Notes under the pieces: generated by a model
Database searches by the model: none
What the model was told of the DNA's origin: nothing
The model's input: only the letters and a program-made list of their open reading frames with translations
NCBI GenBank assembly: GCA_004022145.1
Contig: RCNU01000004.1
Strand: one strand, 5' to 3'
DNA: 64,000 bases
DNA from: Paecilomyces variotii
Taxonomy: Eukaryota
Made by a program: the position numbers and the translations under genes
Shown: positions 40,797-53,159 of the stretch, in pieces
Layout: every line of letters starts with the position of its first letter
How positions within the stretch are numbered: position 1 is the stretch's first letter

Positions 40797-41330
40797 GGTA
40801 CCGTCAACTACTCCGTACCTCAGATATACGCAGGTTTCAATAGAGTTATTCGATCAAAAAAAGCGCTAATCAGATGCAAGAAGCATCAATGCACTTTATC
40901 ATCAGTTTTCAAGTCCAGAACATCGAAGAGACTTGGTTCTTTGGCCAACTCGAGGCAGTAGCATTCCAGGCTGCTAGCCGCGTCACTGATCTGATAGCCG
41001 CGAAACACCGGGCAAACAGGACAAACTGGCCGAATCAGGCAGCTAGTCGGATGCCCGGGTCGATCATGGTCCGAGCGCGCGGTTAGATCACGTGCAGCAC
41101 ATGATTAAGCGCACGGGTCACGCGTTCCTGTCCCAGCGGGAGTCGCGACTGGGAATGTCTGGATTCCCCGCCTGCCGCCAACCAGGGATCAGAACCCTCG
41201 GTCGCAGAAGCGTCAGATACACTCCTTTTTCTATCCATGTTTGTTGACTCCTGTCATCCTCTGTGAGTCCGATGCCGTCTGCTCGACTCACAGTTCTATG
41301 TTGCCACTCCTTTGTTTCTCTTAACCGACC

Positions 41331-43019
41331 ATGTCCACTCCCTACAATGCGGCCGTTGACGTCCAGCCGGTCCGCCGCGCCGTAACTCTCCCTACGAAAC
41401 TCACGCATAGGAATCAGCCCAAGTCGGATTCACCTGAAGCCTCTGATACGCTTCTGTTCTACCATCCCTCCGTTAGGATTGTGCACTTCGCACCTCGTTC
41501 AGTTGTGCCGGTGCAGTTGAATGCCGCGCCCTCCGATTTCGATTATCCTGTGGACGCCATAGAAACACTGCCATGGAGATCTGCAACCGAAAGGACTGTT
41601 GCCTGTGGTCCGCTGAGATTTGAGCATATCCCAGGGTTAACAGCGTTTCTTAAGTGCGGAAACGTTGTTCATGCAATCCTCAAGAACTCCCAGTGCTGGT
41701 GTGTCGACGGGGTGTCTATCTTCGTCCTGCGCATCCGTCCACTTACATACTATCGCATTGAGCTTCCAAACGGAACCGAAGAGGATAAGCAGCGCGTTTC
41801 CGATTTGAAGATTGCTCTGCCGCAAATACTGCGTTACGAGATCACTCCATGTCCATTCAAAAGAGGGTTTACTGTCGAGATCCCCCTCGAAGCCATCCTC
41901 CCCAGAAGAAAGAAGGCATGGCGTCCGAGGTCGCGAGACAGCGCGCCCCCTCCACCCTCCGATGCATCGCAAGTCTCACAGGACTCTTGGATAAGTGATC
42001 AAGCGAGCACGGGGTATGATACTGATGGAAATGCGACCGATTTCAGCATCTCTGAGACCAACATCTCCGCGGCAGACTCCGCGGCAGACTCCACGGCAGA
42101 AATCGAGAGCGTCGCAGAGAACGACAAGTCGGTGCCTCCATTAGACATTCCCGTAAAGAGTGCATATGCACACTGCTCGGCACCAGAACTTCAGCCGAAA
42201 GTGAACACCCTGCCGGCGAGATTCGAGGCAATCCCAGAATCAGAAAGCGAGGCTGAGCAATCCACTCTCTCAACGAGTTCTGATTCTTTCCACTCTGTGC
42301 AGACCCCTGTGTCTCCATTACCACCTTCTCCGCCTTATTCCGATACCGCCTCTCCACCGCCGACACTCGATTTCGAGAAGAGATTGCCTATTCCTTCTCG
42401 TCGTCACAGCGGAGAGATATCCGAGATAAAAATAAATCCAGAGCATGTGTCCTCTGCTACACAAACTACTCCTCGCCTCTCTAATGGTGCCGCTACCTCT
42501 TTCGCGACGCAAACGTCTCCAGCGCACTCTACGTTTAGCGGGGTTTCTAGCACCTCAACTGCTGTGCCTATCTCACCAGGATTGCGCGATGCAGTGCCTT
42601 CTGCTCCTAGCGCTGCAAGCACTGGCGTTGAGCTTGAGGAACGAACCCTCAGAGTCATTTCCGAAGTCAGAGCTTCCAGGAAACGTGACCTATCGCCGAT
42701 GCCTCCACCATCAATACTTTTCCAACCAACACCTGCTGACTCAGGACACCATCTAACGGCCTCAATCCTGCAGAAGACGTGCAGCATTGTCCTTGTGCCA
42801 CCGTTCCAGTTGCTTGTACTGCTTATCCAGGTTGCAGCGAGAATTGCGGTGGGAAACGCCGTCGATCCTGCTCTTCACGACGCCAAGGACGGCAGCACTC
42901 TTGATTTCGAAGGCCAGGACGAAGAGGATGATTTCGGTCTTCCTATCACACCTGCCCTCTCTCGACAAGCTTCTAGATCGTCACAATCCAAAAACCCGGA
43001 TACCTCTGAGCTAGACTAA
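41331..43019 (+). CDS. INP1: Inheritance of peroxisomes protein 1-like
   Basis: N-terminal domain TLPWRS.TERTVACGPL...AFLKCGNVVHAILKNSQCWCVDG.S.FVLRIR..TYYRIEL, followed by a Ser/Pro-rich tail. Confidence 0.8.
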   Translation: MSTPYNAAVDVQPVRRAVTLPTKLTHRNQPKSDSPEASDTLLFYHPSVRIVHFAPRSVVPVQLNAAPSDFDYPVDAIETLPWRSATERTVACGPLRFEHIPGLTAFLKCGNVVHAILKNSQCWCVDGVSIFVLRIRPLTYYRIELPNGTEEDKQRVSDLKIALPQILRYEITPCPFKRGFTVEIPLEAILPRRKKAWRPRSRDSAPPPPSDASQVSQDSWISDQASTGYDTDGNATDFSISETNISAADSAADSTAEIESVAENDKSVPPLDIPVKSAYAHCSAPELQPKVNTLPARFEAIPESESEAEQSTLSTSSDSFHSVQTPVSPLPPSPPYSDTASPPPTLDFEKRLPIPSRRHSGEISEIKINPEHVSSATQTTPRLSNGAATSFATQTSPAHSTFSGVSSTSTAVPISPGLRDAVPSAPSAASTGVELEERTLRVISEVRASRKRDLSPMPPPSILFQPTPADSGHHLTASILQKTCSIVLVPPFQLLVLLIQVAARIAVGNAVDPALHDAKDGSTLDFEGQDEEDDFGLPITPALSRQASRSSQSKNPDTSELD

Positions 43020-43684
43020 TCGCTTCCATTCCACTCATTTTGAATTTCCGTTCGAATTATGACTGATATTTGTTGTAATACTGTTTCACAACCAACCTGA
43101 TTTATCTGAGACCTAGGTGGCTGGTCCACCTGCAGGAAAGCATCCATGGGCCGGATACGTGATTTTTTGGCGGTCTACTCTCTACGATTTTTCTTTTGTT
43201 GGATATCCACTGAGTCTTCTCCGCTTCTGACTCCCGTGTATATTTGATCTCGTTTTATGTATCGCATACCCTGTCTTTATAGCGTGCTGTATGATCAATA
43301 GAAGTTTATTCTTATCGTTAGATCTATTTCGTTCTCCTATCAGTTACTGTGGTTTGGCCGGCCTTCTTGTATATCGAGGGAAATTCTTCCCTCTCAGGAG
43401 AATACCTGGACGCCCCATGATTTCTTCTAGATACACGTGAAGCCCTAACAATTAGTTATCATTTGCAAAGCTGCTGACACAGCCTTGGTATTTCGTTCGT
43501 CGATCGGTACATTAAATGACAGGAGACGAAGTCTAGAACCCCCAAAACGCCAAAACTCATGCAACACTAGCCAGTTAATCCAGCGAACCAGCCATCCTCA
43601 GAATTGCAGCCAGCAATCCTTGCCATCACGGATACAGATTTTGAGACATCAAGTAAAGCAGCCAAGCTAACCTCCTCCCTCATC

Positions 43685-44184
43685 TCATGCCTTGGCAACC
43701 TTTCCAGCCTTCCCCTTCTTCTTCTTGCCGCTACGATCGCGCTTCTTCATGCCGACCATACCAGCCTTGCACACCTCCGCATATCGTACATAAAACGCCT
43801 CGATATCCTCGGGCGCGACGACCGTAGCCAGCTTCACTTTCGGGTGTGCGTCTTCTCTGCTCTTTGTTTTTGACTTGGGGTTCGCAGCATTTGTGTTTCC
43901 ATCGGTGGCGCGGATGAGGATTGATGACTGAGATGGTGCAGAAGAGTCATCTGAAGAAGAGTTGTTGCCGGGTAGACGCTTTTGAGTCAGGTAGACGGAG
44001 CCACGCGACTTCTGTGTCGCGGTTGTGAGGAGGTTGGTGAGAGAAGAGAAGAACTGGTTGAAGATGGTAAGTTAGTGAACTAAATCCTAGAAGGAGCAAT
44101 GCATTTATATCGCATATATTGTATGAGCGAGCGAAGGAAGGGCGAGTTTGTATGTACTTCGTCATGGTTGAGATGAGGCGCCAT
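43685..44184 (-). CDS. SRP14: Signal recognition particle 14 kDa subunit; intron 44054-44157 (absent from the ORF track)
   Basis: Manual translation gives MAPHLNHDE|FFSSLTNLL...GSVYLTQKRL...ILIRATDG...KVKLATVVAPEDIEAFYVRYAEVCKAGMVGMKKRDRSGKKKKGK. Confidence 0.93.
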
Positions 44185-44547
44185 CTTGGATGATGTTCGC
44201 CGATTGAATTTGTGTGAATTCACCCGTATGAGCCTCGATGGGAGAATAGAGAGTTCCGTAAACGACGGGACGAGTCAATATAGAATAATATAAATGAAGA
44301 GGCAATATTCCCGGGCAAGAAAGAATATTATCTCTCGATCTCGAATTCGTAGTCGCAAACCGTGTCCGGAGAGGGGTCCAAGTGCCGGAGGAAGCTCGGG
44401 CCACATGGAGTCTTTTCTCCGCCTCCGCTCCGCAGAACCATTTCGGCGGCAGTAAAAAAAGTCAAGATCTTACCGCTCCGGTGGAGGAGCTCGCGAAGAC
44501 ATTTTTCAATATTTTTGTCTTTCTCCAGCTCCCCAATTTATTTAACG

Positions 44548-47212
44548 ATGCCGCGTCCTATGCACAAGACGACGGCGTTGCCGCGGACGCTTCGTGATGA
44601 GCTGGGAATTAAGGATACTTATGGTGAAAAGAAACGCAGACGGAATAATGGACCCGCGTCTCGCAAAGAGCGGCGCAAGGAAGAGAGAGCTCAGAAGAAA
44701 GGTCGTCATGTACCACCGCATGTGAATCGGAGACAGTTACATCACGAGGATGACGACGAAGGTACCGATTTTGGAGGATCAGACTTTGGCTCTAACGAGT
44801 CTCAATCGGAAGAAGAGGAGGACCGTTCGACGAAGTCCAAGCCTACGAAATCAACGAAGCAACCGAAATCTATACTGAAGAAGTCTAAGAAAAGAGATGT
44901 CTCCAATGAGGAGGATGAGGATGGACCCGCTGAGCCAAAATTGCCCAAGGCTGTGAAGGAGAAGCTGGAACAGGACGATGCAGAAATCGCTGCGCTGGAG
45001 AAGAGGCTTGGGATCAAAGGAAAGAAGCTGCCCAAGTCCTTCCAGGAGGATGGCCTGGATGAGCTGCTGGGTGACTTGGCCAATGGTTCGGATATGGAAA
45101 GCAAGAAACGCAAACGAGAAGCGGATGACTGGTTACAGATGAAGAGAAGGAAAGCACGAGGTCTCGCATCTGATGAGGAAGACGATGAGAGCGACAGTGA
45201 CCTTGGCAGCGATGACGGCCTGTCCGACCTCATGGATGGCCTTGACGAAGATGAGGAGGAGGACGAAGATGACGTTGATCTAAATGAGAGTGAGGATGGC
45301 ATCGAGGAGGACGAGGAGAGCGGCAGCGACGACGAGGATGGTGACTTCGAAGGGTTTGATGAGGAAGAAGAAGAAGAAGAAGAGGCACCTCGAAAGAAAG
45401 TCAGAGAGAATCCTTATGTGGCTCCTGTGTCGAACGGAGAGAGCAAGCAAAAATACATACCTCCATCGCTCCGTGCACCAGCCGCATCTGAATCGGAGTC
45501 ACTCACCCGCCTGAGAAGACAAGCTCAAGGGCATCTCAACAAGCTCTCCGAAGCTAATCTCGTGTCCATTCTCGGAGAGATCGAGAAGCTTTATCGTGAA
45601 TACCCTCGACAGAATGTCACATCTACCCTGACGACATTACTGCTGAATCTTCTCTGTGAACGATCGGTTATGCAAGACACTTTCGTTATCCTACATGCCG
45701 GTTTCATTGCAGCCATCTATAAAGTTGTGGGCATGGACTTCGGTGCGGAGATAGTGCAGAAATTGGTCGAGACGTTCGACAAAGGCGGTGATGAAAGAGG
45801 CGCATTCGAGGGCAAGGAGGCCATCAACCTCATGTCTTTATTGTCTCAACTTTATAACTTCCAGGTCGTTGGAAGCACGTTGGTGTTCGACTACGTTCGC
45901 ATGTTCCTTGAGAAGATCACTGAATCCAACACAGAGCTTCTCTTGAAGATCATCAGAAGTATGACCCAAATGACACCTGGTTTCACCCCTGGACTCTTTA
46001 CTGACTGACGTTGCAGATTCTGGCCCCCAATTGAGACAAGATGACCCTTCTTCCCTCAAAGACATCGTTCTCCTCATTCAACCTGCGATAGCCCAGGTTG
46101 GCGAGGAATCCCTGTCAGTTCGTACAAAGTTCATGATCGACACCATTACCGATCTGAAAAACAATCGCATGAAGACTGGAGTAGCGGCGTCAGCTTTGAG
46201 CTCCGAGCACATAACCAAGATGCGCAAGATCCTGGGCTCATTGAACAACTCCCGTACGATCCGTGCGACAGAGCCGATTCGGATCTCGCGTATGGATATT
46301 CTCAATTCGTCGAAGAAGGGGAAATGGTGGCTCGTGGGCGCAAGCTGGAAGGACGATCCTCTCGAAGCTGCTAGGCAAGAACTCGGCAGTCTTCCTCGGA
46401 ATGAAGCCCCTGTCGAAGACAGCGACGGAGAACCAGACCTCGTTAGCATCGCAAAAGCTCATCGTATGAACACAGATGTTCGTCGGTCGATATTTGTGGC
46501 AATCATGTCCGCAACTGACTACCGGGATGCGCATGTGCGTCTGCTCAAGCTCCGCCTAAAACGAACGCAAGAACTCGAGATACCCCGTGTCCTCATCCAT
46601 TGCGCTATGGAGGAACAGGCGCATAATCCATACTACACACTTATCGCACGCAGAATCTGCGGGGAGCTAGGACGCCGCATCAAGGTCTCCTTCATGTTCT
46701 CCCTGTGGGACATTTTCAAGAAGATGGGTGAGCAAGGAGACCTGGACGAGGATGAGGATGACAATTTTGGTGCAGACGAGGAGGACAACAAACTCGAAAC
46801 CAAATCCGTTGTCAATCTCGCAAAGATGTACGGCAGTCTGGTGGCTGACGGGTCTCTGACTCTGGGCATCTTGAAGAACCTCAACTTCGCCTACCTCCAA
46901 CCGAAGACGAGCATGTTCGTCGAACTCCTCATCATCACTATCATCCAGCAATCGCAAAAGCAAAAGCAAAAATCGAAGAAAAAGGATGGCGAAGAAGACG
47001 CACGAAACGAGAAGCCTCTTATGGAGGTATTCCTTCGTACACGCGACACACCACAAGTTGTTAAAGGCCTGATCTATTTCATACGCAAGGTCGTTGCGAA
47101 GACAGACATCGTTCCGACAGATAAGGAACGGAAGCTGGTGAAATGGGGATGCAAAGTCGCCGTGGATGCGCTCAAGATAGTCTCAGATGGCGAGTCCGCT
47201 CTTGATGCGTGA
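44548..47212 (+). CDS. SGD1: Nucleolar MIF4G + MA3 domain protein (Sgd1/NOM1); intron 45959-46016
   Basis: KYIPPSLR, LNKLSEANL (MIF4G), R|NSGPQLRQDDPSSLKDI, GKWWLVGASW and RMNTDVRRSIFVAIMSATDY (MA3). Confidence 0.93.
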
Positions 47213-47498
47213 TAATGGCCGCTGTTACGCTGATTTGATGATTGTGATTTTCCCGTTTTGTCATCTTTATGTATAGAGATACCTCTCATTGTTTGACTGG
47301 GGAAAAGTTTGTGTGCTTTTATCCTGTAAAGCGAGGACCGTCGCGCTCTTGTACGTCATACTGTATTTACTCCCGTATGTTGCTTTGCAACCAGTCTCTA
47401 GCTCTGGGTTTTCTTGATCTGGCCTAGCAAAGAAGGTTATATTATTGATTCATGATATTTATAGAATAGTAGCCAGTTCCACTGTACTGAGAAAATCA

Positions 47499-48840
47499 CT
47501 AGGGGTTAGAGGCATCTAAGATTTCCATAGACGAAAAATCTTCCGCGAACACAGCTCTCCAAAGCTTGGTACCCGGGACATCTTTCTTCAGATTAGTAGT
47601 GCAATATAGACAGGGAGTAGGTTCCTATAAGGTTTACTTACTGTAAGGGCGCGGAGGCGAAGTCCGGCACTCTATGATCAACCAGTTTCGCAGCCAGCCC
47701 TTCTGAATCCACGGAGTATAGCTCCCATTATTCACAAATCGTGAACAGTGGGCGTGCAGTCTATCTCCGTCTCGCAACAGTTCGATACCCCATGCGACGT
47801 CAGCAAGTCTGAAATCGATGCGGCCATCGCCATCGCCCAACCATTCACTAGATACGTTCGACGAAAATCCGAGAACCTCCTGTAAACACCGATAGAATTC
47901 GTCTTGGTAACAAACTTCGACAGGCCATATAATGGCTCCAGTGCCTACCCGCGTTGTGGATGATATATTTTGACGGAAGTCGACTGCACGACTAGACCAA
48001 GGAGGAAAACTCCTTACAGATCTGGCCCCTAGGTCTGATATATTTCTTAGCGGAAATTTCCTTAGTACCGCTTCCGCTAAATCCTCAATGGTGGGGTATC
48101 TTTGTATGGGGAACGGGACCGAAGAAGCAGTGAGATAGTGCTCAATATACCTATTCGAATTAGTAGACTTCAAGATAATGAAAAGAAGCATGTTCCTACT
48201 TAGCATTCAGTCTCGTTGGAAACACACAAACAATATCGATCGCATCGGCATCGAGGGGTTCCGAGTGCAACCATCCCCGTTCGTAACATGTTCTAAATGC
48301 CGTCATTGCTAAGGTCACGTTGAATGCTTCCATTCTTCAAAACTTCTCGGAGAACGTCTGCTGCATGGTAGCGGAGCGTTCGTCGGTCTACAAAAGACCG
48401 TTTAACTTCTGTTTGTTCGAGAAAGGGGAAAGACTCCTCTTCGTTGTCCATAATCATTAACTAGGACTTACCTTGTGAATCATGCCAAGTGCACTGTAAA
48501 CAGCTCCAGGATGTCCATTAGTCAGGGAAAAGATATGACGGAAGTCGACTGCAAAATACCGTCGAATTCTTCACGGGTATAAAGAGGCTAATCTGTGGGG
48601 AATCTCCGATTCTCGATATGGTGATAGATATTCGCTGTTGGACCCCGAGATGTGCAAGTGTGCTACCAATGGGGTGGGTGTCCGGTCCCTCATAGGGGCT
48701 GCCATATGATGGAAATAAGCAGATTCTCGAACCATATTGGCGGCCACTCTGAGACTTGATAGAGTTTAACCACAGTCCATAATCTCCATAGGAAATTTGC
48801 GCCTCGTCGATGAGAAAGGTAGTTTCTACATCTTTGACAG
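47499..48840 (-). pseudogene. Decayed P-loop NTPase + PD-(D/E)xK-like nuclease gene
   Basis: FLIDEAQ (Walker B) and SYGSP fragments with frameshifts; C-terminal YQDEFYR...SEW..DGDGRIDF....WGIELLRDG..L..H..RF...G.Y; residual introns; interrupted by 70-bp repeats; no 5' end found. Confidence 0.7.
47971..48040. mobile_element. 70-bp mini-LTR-like insertion with 5-bp target-site duplication TATTT
   Basis: TGACGGAAGTCGAC...GGCCCCTAGGTCTGATA flanked by TATTT at 47966-47970 and 48041-48045; related copies at 48846-48915 and 48536-48553. Confidence 0.7.
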
Positions 48841-48845
48841 TCTCT

Positions 48846-48915
48846 TGACGGAAGTCGACTCGACTACTAGACCAAAAAGGAGAACTCCTTAGACGTCTGG
48901 CCCCTAGGTCTGATA
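48846..48915. mobile_element. Second full 70-bp copy of the same element (no TSD visible)
   Basis: Same termini (TGACGGAAGTCGACT...TCTGGCCCCTAGGTCTGATA) and same length; the middle is diverged. Confidence 0.65.
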
Positions 48916-49361
48916 GAATATATAAAATTCGAAATACAGTGCTGTTGCAGGAAAGTAGGATGGGAAACAGAAGATGGAGGAGCTGGGATGGAGATGGTCA
49001 GTACACTTTAAGTATTCCCCGTCAGTGTATTTAAGTACACCGCCTTCTTTGCCCGGCCTTCAGGAAAATGTATACTAGAATAGACGTAATAAGTTACTTT
49101 AGAAAGCTTTGCCCCATTTACATTTACTTAAGGACAGTTTTTTTAGGTACGAGTGGAAATAATAAGGCCGTATATGGCCTCCATGGTCGTCATTTTCGGC
49201 GCCAATTCCACAGGTCCTCGCATTCTGACTGTAATGATACAAGGTCTGTGCCTTTTCCACGTTTGGGTGTCTCTATTTCTTTTTATAGCGACGATCATCT
49301 AGTCAACCGTGGAACTAGAATATATTACAGCGAATTATCATCGTTCACAGTATCATATAAT

Positions 49362-50843
49362 TTATCGTAATATTTCCCATTCCAAGCCAACCAGCCATTT
49401 CTCTTTATTCTGTGCTGCCGTCGCCTCGCCGGGTCGACTGTCTAAACCACGCACCGTATCCTCAAATCCAAGCTCGACTTCCCATAGAAGACCATGGTGA
49501 ACACCGACTACGTTATTCTTGCTGAGTTTAGGCGTCTGCTCCGAAGCCGTAGACGGTCCGAACCCTGTAGACTTCGACTGCGGTGGCCCAACTAGGAGCA
49601 GATTCCTATCCTGCGACGAGGAGTATTGACTAGGCTGCAGTGGCTGTATTTCTGCAGAATGTCCCTTGACAAGGGTAAAGGGCCCCGAGGCCAGCGTTCC
49701 TTGGCTAGCATTAATAACCTCTGCTGTTAGAAGGAATTTCTTCTGTTCTGGTGAAACATGTGTCTGTGCGGAGTTCGACATAGTCCTTCTATTATGCTCC
49801 CCGGTTGCTGCAGTCTCCAGAATCCAGCTCCGCACTTGAGTAGCCATACCACCAGGTACATAGCTTGGAGTATTAGACCGCGGCCTTCCCCGTCCCAAAG
49901 AGCGTGAGGATGGCGAAAAGGGTGTTGGGATAGAATGATCGTCAGTTTGGTATGACGGGGACGGTGAGCGCGGCAGTACGAATGCTGGTTTCTTTCTCTG
50001 CCGGGGAGACTGAGGTGCTGGCGTGCTGGACCCGAATCGTATCTGCGGAGAAGGGCGCGATACGGACTGAGACGCGCTAAATAGAGAACGAGGGGGGGCT
50101 CGAAATGGAGTCTTTGCGGCTATAGAAATGCCAGGTCTTGATGTTTCAGTCGTAGCAGAAAGACTCAGTCGAGGTGCTGGCGTAGCTATTGGTGCTGTCG
50201 CTCTAGGAAGCGCACTTGGCCGAGGGGATCCATTCCGCGCTTCGGAAGGCGAAGGAGGCTCAGAAGGAGATGAGTGTATAGGGTCCAGGTGAGAGCGTCG
50301 ACGATAGGAAGAGAATACCTCCGGATCAGCAGAGACACGACGTCTCTTGACCCGGTTCGGAGTAGGCGGGAATATCTCATCGAATTCCGCGACTAGATCT
50401 CTTTCCCCGTCACGGGGATGTGAGTCAGGGACGTCATGCTGGGCGCCAGAACCTGGAGAGTTTGATGGATTCGCGTCTTCCTCTTCTGAGTCTTCTATAG
50501 CATCTTTTTGCCGAGAGGATGATGGCGCTGTATTGGATCCTAGTTCGCGTCGCGGACGAGCCACGGGGGATGAAGGTTCTTCCTCATCACTACTGTAGAT
50601 TTCATCTCTACTGAATCGACTAGGAGTACTCCCTGGAAGAACAAATCTAGGAGTCGATGCAAACTGTCGTCCCGCACTGGAGGAGGCCGGAGAGCGGAAT
50701 GCCAGCCCTGCTCCTCGCGCGGAAGCGGAGCGGGGACGTTGCGACGGTAGGCGAAACGGAGAGGGGGTCTGTATAGATTGTCAGCGTCCAGATTTGAATA
50801 TTTCTAGGCCATTACTCGGGGTTCATACTCCTATAGGAGGCAT
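49362..50843 (-). CDS. Hypothetical Ser/Pro/Arg-rich protein; intron 50769-50828
   Basis: MPPIG|TPSPFRL... spliced at GTATGA...CTGAC...CAG; ordered-looking C-terminal motifs YVPGGMATQVRSWIL, LLWEVEL and WLVGLEW. Confidence 0.75.
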
Positions 50844-51270
50844 GGGGTATCCTGTAGTTGTACGAGCATCTTTGAGTTAATGTAAGAATCAGAGAGATCA
50901 AATGTCTGATACAGTAAGCTGCACACCGCCTTCGACACAGGCACAAATGGACTGCTTTCGAGATACTTCTTATGATAGGTAATGGCAAACGTTGTATAGC
51001 TCGTGAGCAATGGTATTGATCTTTGGCTATAGTGTCCCTCTGTCCCAGCATTCAGTGGTGGTCGTTCACCATATTCAGTGTATTGTAGCTCGGGTGGCCG
51101 AGATTGCTATTGCCACACAAGGAGAATCAATTCTTTTAGTAGCGCAACCACATCAATAATAATAATAGTAGTAGTAGTAGTATGGGTCTTCAAAGGAGAC
51201 TCTGTACCCATAGGTGTAGGTTCACAGGATATGATGAGGGGAGGAAAGAAAAAAAAATGAAAAAAACAAT

Positions 51271-51397
51271 TAGCATGTCCTGGTTTCGATCCAGGGACCT
51301 CCGGGTTATGAGCCCGCTATTGTAATGTTAGTGAATTTGATCAATATATATTGGGTCACGTGATTTCTTACGCGCTCTCCCCCTGAGCTAACATGCT
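51271..51397 (-). tRNA. Initiator tRNA-Met(CAU), copy 1; exons 51372-51397 and 51271-51316; 55-nt GT-AG intron 51317-51371
   Basis: The spliced 72-nt sequence folds as a full cloverleaf with A1:U72, three G:C pairs at 29-31/39-41 and T-loop AUCGAAA; an oligo-T terminator follows. Confidence 0.93.
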
Positions 51398-52972
51398 CTG
51401 ATTATTGAATATATAGTGGCAGGTGGATTTTAAGAAGGATTTTTAGTTATCATAGCTATATTTTCTTAAGTTAGGGAATTATTATTTAAGCTAAGACATA
51501 ACTAGTTAGTTAGTTAACTACCTTCTGTGCTTCCCCAGCTCTCTTATTATGTCTTTGTTTATAGGGGATTGCGGATGTGACTTTCTTGTTGTAGTGCAAG
51601 AAGATCCATTCAAACCCTACAAGAGGCTAGTTGTTTCCTTGAGTTTAAAGTTGATTGAAAACATATCTAGATTTTATGATGCGGATTACACCCATCTTTT
51701 GTAAAAAGATAGAGGTAAAGTCCAGCAGAATCTTCATCAGGGTCGATCATTCCAGATAGAATCCTGGCCACGATGGTGTCATTGACTCTTAGAAATGCCC
51801 TGGGTTATTTACGAAGAATCGAAGGGCCATATTCGTCTGTCGACATCAGCTGGCAGGGGAAAGTAAAATGAAAAGAGCACATAGGTACACCTTCGAAGAG
51901 ACCAAAAAGCGTGACGAGTTTGATGACATTTTGCCGAATCCTAGGGCACGGAGATAATATTAGGATCTATACTGGCATTTGGAAGTAAAATCTCTGAATT
52001 GCCCGCTATCCTAATTAATTGGAATCTATCACTAGTTTTATGCTAGAAGACGAATGAAGAACAATATTGCTGCGTAATCCACCTGAACAAGCGGTAAACT
52101 GTTCACATCGGGCAGCTTGTCCAACAAAAAGGACATATAGACCCACTTTTTGGCCTGAAGATTATATCTAGGTTCCTCACATGCAATTCTTGCTTCCAGT
52201 TCCTGAGCACACTTCACGAATTCACATGTGAAATGAAGGCTTAGCAAATAAATGACAACCTAGAGTTGCATGACAGATGGAGGAGACCCGGAAAGCCTCA
52301 TCCCCGAGTTCCTTGTCCACATTACTCGGAGAATTTCTGACATAGACGTCCACTGAAGAATCTCTAGAGCAATATCACAGATATTTCTCTCGGGTTTAAA
52401 AGTAGCATAAAGTCTTGGAGTCTGAAGAGAATCAGCCTCTAAGACATGTCTCTGGTTTTTGTTATCCAATGACCCTACCAGTCGCGGAGAGTCGGGGAAT
52501 TCCCCGTGTAGGATCCAGGAACGGGCAGCTGATCTGATGGCCCACCCATCCACACGTATATAGATTGCATCTTCTCGTCGACTCATATTATGGGACCTCC
52601 ACCTACGGGGTTGACCGGGCACACCTATAGAATGGTTTGGATCCTCTGTAGTGGATTATTGTTCTCGCGGAAGGATACTACTCAACCACTCTCTTTGCTC
52701 CCATGAATGCCTTACTGAGGTATCAGCAGCCACACTCATGAGGCAGTTTATGCGGTTTCTTTCCCCACGGATGGGTTGCTGGCCAATTGAAGGATATCGC
52801 AAGGTGGTTCCTGATATCCAACGTACGATGCCCGCATTTCTATTATCTCATGCTAATCGTCGAGGAGAGAGAGTCTGGAGCAGGACGATGAAGATAAATG
52901 GAGGCCATGAGCCCATCGAGGTGAGGAGGATAGGCCCAGCAAAAGTGAGTAAGTGTCAGTATCAGTTTCCCA

Positions 52973-53127
52973 ATGGCTTTCTTCAGCGTCCCTGTCTCTG
53001 CGGCCAGCTCCGCCCCCGTTTCCGCCCCCGTTTCGACGTCTTCTTCTCCCGCTCTGGCTTGTCCTGTCTCCAACTTTGCCCCCGTTTCGACCTCTTCTTC
53101 TTCCTTTTCTTCCTCTTCCTTTTTTTC

Positions 53128-53159
<32 letters not shown>

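Noticed and set aside
48999-49110. Possible Tc1/mariner or Fot1 terminal repeat (CAGTACACTTTAAGTATTCCCC; ACGTAAT)
   Set aside because: No partner inverted repeat or transposase remnant found; the resemblance is too short.
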